A stretch of 37,100 nt of DNA from Spirochaetales bacterium (GTDB lineage Bacteria > Spirochaetota > Spirochaetia > Treponematales > UBA12059), in assembly GCA_016928955.1 (NCBI GenBank), contig JAFGJV010000055.1:1-37100 (forward strand). Reading direction: 5' to 3'. Every line of letters starts with the position of its first letter. The first letter of the stretch is position 1. A model generated the notes under the pieces. That model did no database searches and was not told the origin of the DNA. It saw only the letters and a list, made by a program, of their open reading frames with translations. This document shows positions 33,140 to 37,100 of the stretch, piece by piece. Both the position numbers and the translations under genes were made by a program.

Positions 33140-34746
33140 AGGACGCCTGGGCTTTCTGCCAGCTGGACGGTTTCTGGGCCGACTACACGCCCCTTTCGCC
33201 CTGGGGCCGGGACGAGGCGGACCGGCGCGAGGTGCTCACCGAGCGCGAGTCGATAGAGTCGCGCTATGACGACATCGAGCGGGCCCTGGCGTTCATGGAC
33301 GCCTGCTCGGGTGATCCCGCGCGCCAGGACAGGGTCAGCCATCACCTGAAGCGCGTGCCACGGCTCCCGCTCCGCGCCAGCGAGCGCTACGAGCTCATAG
33401 AGCTGTTCCAGATAAAAAAATTCCTGGCCAACTACCGCGGGCTTGTGTCCGCCCTGGGCCCGGATACGGCGGGAGCCTTTGGCCTTACTTCCGTGGCCGC
33501 GCGACTAGCGGCCGAGCTGGACAAGGGCGGCTCCGATCCCGAGACTTTTTTCATAGCCGACCGCTATGACGACGAGCTGGCTGCCGCCCGCGCCGCGCTG
33601 GCTGAGCTGGACGCCGACGAGCGTACGGAACGCGCGAGGCTGGAAGCGTCCATCAGGCTGACGCATGGCCTGAGTTTTGACGGCCGGGAGTTCGTTGTGG
33701 TGCCCAGGGAGGACGCGCCGCCGCCCGACTCAACGCTGTGCGCCCTCGAGCCCTACGACGACACGCGCTACCTGGTGCGTCCGCGTCCGCAAGCCCAGGC
33801 CCTGGAGTTGGCTGCGCGCAGGCAAGCCTTGCTCGAGCGCGAGCGCCTGGCTGAGGACCGCGTCATCGGGCGCCTGTCCGAGCTGGCTTCCGAGGCCATG
33901 CCGGAGCTCTCCGGCGCCGTGGCTGCGCTCACGCGCTGGGACCGGGCCTTTGCTGGAGCCAGGCTGGCGCGGGCCTTTGGCCTTGTACGGCCGGCCCTGG
34001 ATTCGGACGCCATGGTCCTGGACGGCGCGCGCCACATACCCTGCCAGCGAGACTGCGCGGACCTGGGCCTGGCCTACCAGAGCCTTTGCGCGGATTTCAG
34101 CTCGGGTGCCGTGGTTTTGTTCGGCTCCAACATGGGCGGCAAGACCGTGGCGCTCAAGACCGTGCTCTTCCTCCAGCTCCTGGCCCAGGCAGGGCTCTTT
34201 GTGCCGGCCATCGCGTTCAAGACGCGCGTGTACCGGGCCGTAGAGTACGTGGGCGAGCTGGGCGGGGAGCGGCTGGCCGGGCTGTCAGGCTTTGGCTTTG
34301 AGCTGTGGCGCCTGGAGCGCGCGTGGAAGGAAGCCGACGGCGCCCTGGTCGCCTTTGACGAACTGGCGCGTACCACCGGCTCGCACGAGGCGGAAGCCCT
34401 GCTGTCGGCGGTGGTGTCGGCGTGGGCGCTGAAGGCGGGGCGATCGGGCGGCCGCGCCTTTTTTGCCACGCACTTCCGCGGCGTGCGCCGGGCGGACGGC
34501 GCCCAGTTCCTCAGGATGCGCGGCCTGGACAGGCAGGGCGCCCTTGAGGCCCTGGACGCGGACGCCCCGCTCAAGGACAGGCTGGCCGGGATCAACCGCC
34601 ACATGAGATACGAGATCGTGCAGGACGACGCTGGAGACACGGCGGGGCGCAGCGACGCCCTGGCCATAGCCGCCATGCTCGGACTGGACGGGAACATAGT
34701 CGCGGACGCCGAAGCATGGCTGTCCCGCGCTACAGAACGACACTGA
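33136..34746 (+). CDS. kamC: MutS-domain-V ATPase, lysine 5,6-aminomutase reactivase KamC-like
   Basis: GSNMGGKT Walker A, GLSGFG.E, DELARTT, ATHF, helix-turn-helix ALAIAAMLGL; no mismatch-binding domain; directly upstream of kamD. Confidence 0.8.
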   Translation: MKDAWAFCQLDGFWADYTPLSPWGRDEADRREVLTERESIESRYDDIERALAFMDACSGDPARQDRVSHHLKRVPRLPLRASERYELIELFQIKKFLANYRGLVSALGPDTAGAFGLTSVAARLAAELDKGGSDPETFFIADRYDDELAAARAALAELDADERTERARLEASIRLTHGLSFDGREFVVVPREDAPPPDSTLCALEPYDDTRYLVRPRPQAQALELAARRQALLERERLAEDRVIGRLSELASEAMPELSGAVAALTRWDRAFAGARLARAFGLVRPALDSDAMVLDGARHIPCQRDCADLGLAYQSLCADFSSGAVVLFGSNMGGKTVALKTVLFLQLLAQAGLFVPAIAFKTRVYRAVEYVGELGGERLAGLSGFGFELWRLERAWKEADGALVAFDELARTTGSHEAEALLSAVVSAWALKAGRSGGRAFFATHFRGVRRADGAQFLRMRGLDRQGALEALDADAPLKDRLAGINRHMRYEIVQDDAGDTAGRSDALAIAAMLGLDGNIVADAEAWLSRATERH

Positions 34747-34782
34747 CACCGCGCCGCCCGGCGGCAGCGGAAAGGACGGACC

Positions 34783-36354
34783 ATGCGAACGAAACTGCAT
34801 CTACCGAAGGACCGGGTGGATTACGCCCGCCAGCTGGCGCGCAAGATCACGGCCCCGGTATCGGAGTTCATCGACCAGCACAGTTCGGTCACCGTTGAGC
34901 GCGCCACGCTGAGGCTGGCCGGCGCCGACGGGGCCAACGCCGACGGCGTGCCCGTGCCCAATCTCGTGGTCGACCAGATCCGAGCGGCTGATCCGGCCCT
35001 GCTCGAGGACGGGGCGGCCGTGCGCTATGTCAACGCCCTCCTGAAAACCGGGTCGTCCGTGGACGAGCTCAACAGCAAGATAGCCGGCGGCCTGGACGTG
35101 ATGGGCCTGGCTCTCGGCGAGCGCGCCGCCATAGAGCGCAAGGCCGCCGAGCTCGTGGACGCCGCCATCGCCCGCGTCAAGGACAACCGCGCCCACCGCG
35201 ACCGCAAGCTGGAGGAATTCCGGGATCGCAACCACAAGCCGCTTTTGTACCTCATCGTCGCCACCGGCAACATTTACGAGGACGTGAAGCAGGCCACCGC
35301 GGCGGCCGAGCAGGGAGCGGACGTCATAGCGGTCATCCGCACCACGGCGCAGAGCCTCCTTGATTACGTGCCCTATGGGCCCACCACCGAGGGCTTTGGC
35401 GGCACCTACGCCACGCAGGAGAATTTCCGCATCATGCGCGCCGCGCTGGACGAGGTGAGCGAGAAGGAGAAGCGCTACATCCTCCTTACCAACTACGCGT
35501 CCGGCCTGTGCATGCCCGAGATTGCCGCCATGGGAGCGCTCGAGCGCCTGGACATGATGCTGAACGACAGCATGTACGGCATCCTGTTCCGCGACATCAA
35601 CATGTACCGCACCTTTGTGGACCAGAAGTTCAGCCGCATGATCAACGCCCAGGCCGGCATCATCATCAACACCGGCGAGGACAACTACCTGACCACGAGC
35701 GACGCCTACGAGAAGGCGTTCACCGTGCTGGCCAGCCAGTTCCTCAACGAGCAGTTCGGCTTCATGGCGGGCCTTCCGCCGAGGCTCCTCGGCCTCGGGC
35801 ACGCGTACGAGATGGACCCGTCCATCAAGAACGGCTTCCTGTACCAGCTCGGCGAGGCCCAGATGGCGCGGGAGATATTCCCCGAGCATCCGCTCAAGTA
35901 CATGCCGCCCACCAAGTTCATGTCCGGTGACGTGTTCAAGGGCTACGCCATGAACACCTTGTTCAACTTCGTTTCCAAGGCGACCAACCAGGGCATCCAT
36001 CTCCTGGGCATGCTCACCGAGGCGGTGCACACGCCGTTCATGATGGACCGCTACCTGGCCGTGGAAAACGCCAAGTACGTGATGAACAACATGGAGGACT
36101 TCTACGACGACGTGGAGTTCCGCAAGGACGGCATCGTGGTGAGGCGCGCGCACGACGTGCTCAACCAGACCATCGCCTTCCTCGAGGAGGTCGAGGCCAT
36201 GGGCCTGTTCGACTCTATCGAGCGCGGCATGTTCGCCGAGGTCAAGCGGCCAAAGGACGGCGGCAAGGGTTTTGAGGGCCTGGTGCGCAAGGGGCCCGCA
36301 TACTGGAATCCCTTCGAGGCTCGGCTCAAGGCCGAACTCGGGCTGGGCAAATAA
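34783..36354 (+). CDS. kamD: D-lysine/L-beta-lysine 5,6-aminomutase alpha subunit
   Basis: IVATGNIYED, RTTAQSLLDYVPYG, NYASGLCMPEIA, NTGEDNYLTT, KYMPPTK. Confidence 0.97.
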   Translation: MRTKLHLPKDRVDYARQLARKITAPVSEFIDQHSSVTVERATLRLAGADGANADGVPVPNLVVDQIRAADPALLEDGAAVRYVNALLKTGSSVDELNSKIAGGLDVMGLALGERAAIERKAAELVDAAIARVKDNRAHRDRKLEEFRDRNHKPLLYLIVATGNIYEDVKQATAAAEQGADVIAVIRTTAQSLLDYVPYGPTTEGFGGTYATQENFRIMRAALDEVSEKEKRYILLTNYASGLCMPEIAAMGALERLDMMLNDSMYGILFRDINMYRTFVDQKFSRMINAQAGIIINTGEDNYLTTSDAYEKAFTVLASQFLNEQFGFMAGLPPRLLGLGHAYEMDPSIKNGFLYQLGEAQMAREIFPEHPLKYMPPTKFMSGDVFKGYAMNTLFNFVSKATNQGIHLLGMLTEAVHTPFMMDRYLAVENAKYVMNNMEDFYDDVEFRKDGIVVRRAHDVLNQTIAFLEEVEAMGLFDSIERGMFAEVKRPKDGGKGFEGLVRKGPAYWNPFEARLKAELGLGK

Positions 36355-36369
36355 GGAAGGACGGATAGC

Positions 36370-37100
36370 ATGCACGTGATACGGCCGTATGGCGATACCA
36401 TGGACGACGGCAAGGTCCAGCTGTCCTTCACGCTCCCGGTACCGGACGGGGCCCGCGGCAGGGAAGCCGCCCGCAAGCTCGTCCTGTCCTTCGGTTTCCG
36501 CGACTGCGAAGTCGTGCACTCGGCTCCCCTGTCTGCTGAGTTCTCGTTCTACGTTGTGTACGGAAAGACCGAGGCGCAGATAGACTACGATTCCGTGGAG
36601 GCCGACGAGGCGACCAGCGAGGCGTCCATGAGCATGGACGAGGTGAACGAATTCATCCGGCGAGAGATCGGCCGCAAGGTCGTGGTCGTTGGCGCCTGCA
36701 CCGGCTTTGACGCGCATACCGTGGGCATTGACGCCATCATGAACATGAAGGGCTACAACCACCATTTCGGGCTTGAGCGCTATTCGGACATGGACGCGTA
36801 TAACCTGGGCGCCCAGGTTCCAAACGAGAAACTCATAGAGTTCGCGCTCAAGGTTAACGCAGACGCCATCTTGGTCAGTCAGGTGGTCACGCAGAAGGAT
36901 ACCCACATCCACAACATGACGGAGTTCGTGGAACTCCTTGAGGCCAAAGGTCTGCGCGGCCGATTTATTTGCATAGCCGGCGGCCCCCGCATCGGCAACA
37001 AGCTCGCCGTAGAGCTGGGCTTCGATGTCGGCTTCGGGCGCGGCACGTACGCAGACGATGTGGCCACGTATATCGTGAAAAAGCTCGTAGAAAGAAAACA
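36370..37100 (+). CDS. kamE: Lysine 5,6-aminomutase beta subunit (B12-binding), truncated by window end
   Basis: Not in the ORF track because there is no stop in the window. MHVIRPYGDTMDDGKVQLSFTLP...DAHTVGIDAIMNMKGY (DxHxxG plus PLP lysine)...NLGAQV...SQVVTQ. Confidence 0.95.
   Translation, partial: MHVIRPYGDTMDDGKVQLSFTLPVPDGARGREAARKLVLSFGFRDCEVVHSAPLSAEFSFYVVYGKTEAQIDYDSVEADEATSEASMSMDEVNEFIRREIGRKVVVVGACTGFDAHTVGIDAIMNMKGYNHHFGLERYSDMDAYNLGAQVPNEKLIEFALKVNADAILVSQVVTQKDTHIHNMTEFVELLEAKGLRGRFICIAGGPRIGNKLAVELGFDVGFGRGTYADDVATYIVKKLVERK

Noticed and set aside
33136..34746. DNA mismatch repair mutS/mutS2
   Set aside because: Only the ATPase domain is present, and it lies inside the kam operon.
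34801..36912. Long antisense or alternative-frame ORFs (e.g. 34801..36912, 17258..18886, 19023..20594, 30916..32406, 10365..11738)
   Set aside because: These are shadow ORFs of real genes, expected from high GC3 bias; no motifs or RBS.
1..37100. CRISPR arrays, tRNA/rRNA genes, intact transposases or phage genes
   Set aside because: No regularly spaced direct repeats, cloverleaf or rRNA motifs, or DDE/integrase/RT ORFs were seen.

Overview
High-GC bacterial chromosomal segment, most likely from an anaerobic Spirochaetota (Treponematales-like) genome. That taxon call is inferred from protein styles and a GGAACCTCTAAAAAC-type repeat. From left to right it holds: a conserved hypothetical gene, an EamA transporter, a peptidase-MA-like protein with a broken HExxH motif, a DUF1015 gene, a truncated second oppA copy, a complete oppABCDF operon (minus strand) and hsp20 under a textbook sigma54 promoter. 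Next comes a minus-strand run of CBM-like/TPR/beta-rich protein, MFS, fliL-like and DUF6941-like genes. This run is divergent from a pelD-pelE-pelF-pelG-like exopolysaccharide operon with an HDOD gene and a large lipoprotein; no pelA, pelC or pelX is visible in the window. The window ends with a lysine-fermentation operon kdd-kat-kce-kamA-kamB-kamC-kamD-kamE, where kamE runs off the right edge. It uses the rare 3-aminobutyryl-CoA transaminase (kat) variant, and its three large intergenic spacers are each filled by a different structured or selfish-element remnant: group II intron-like, an inverted-repeat-flanked GxxExxY pseudogene, and a multi-hairpin repeat. The best candidate for an undescribed system is the non-canonical, divergently organised Pel-like locus. 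All family assignments come from motif recognition; no database searches were run.
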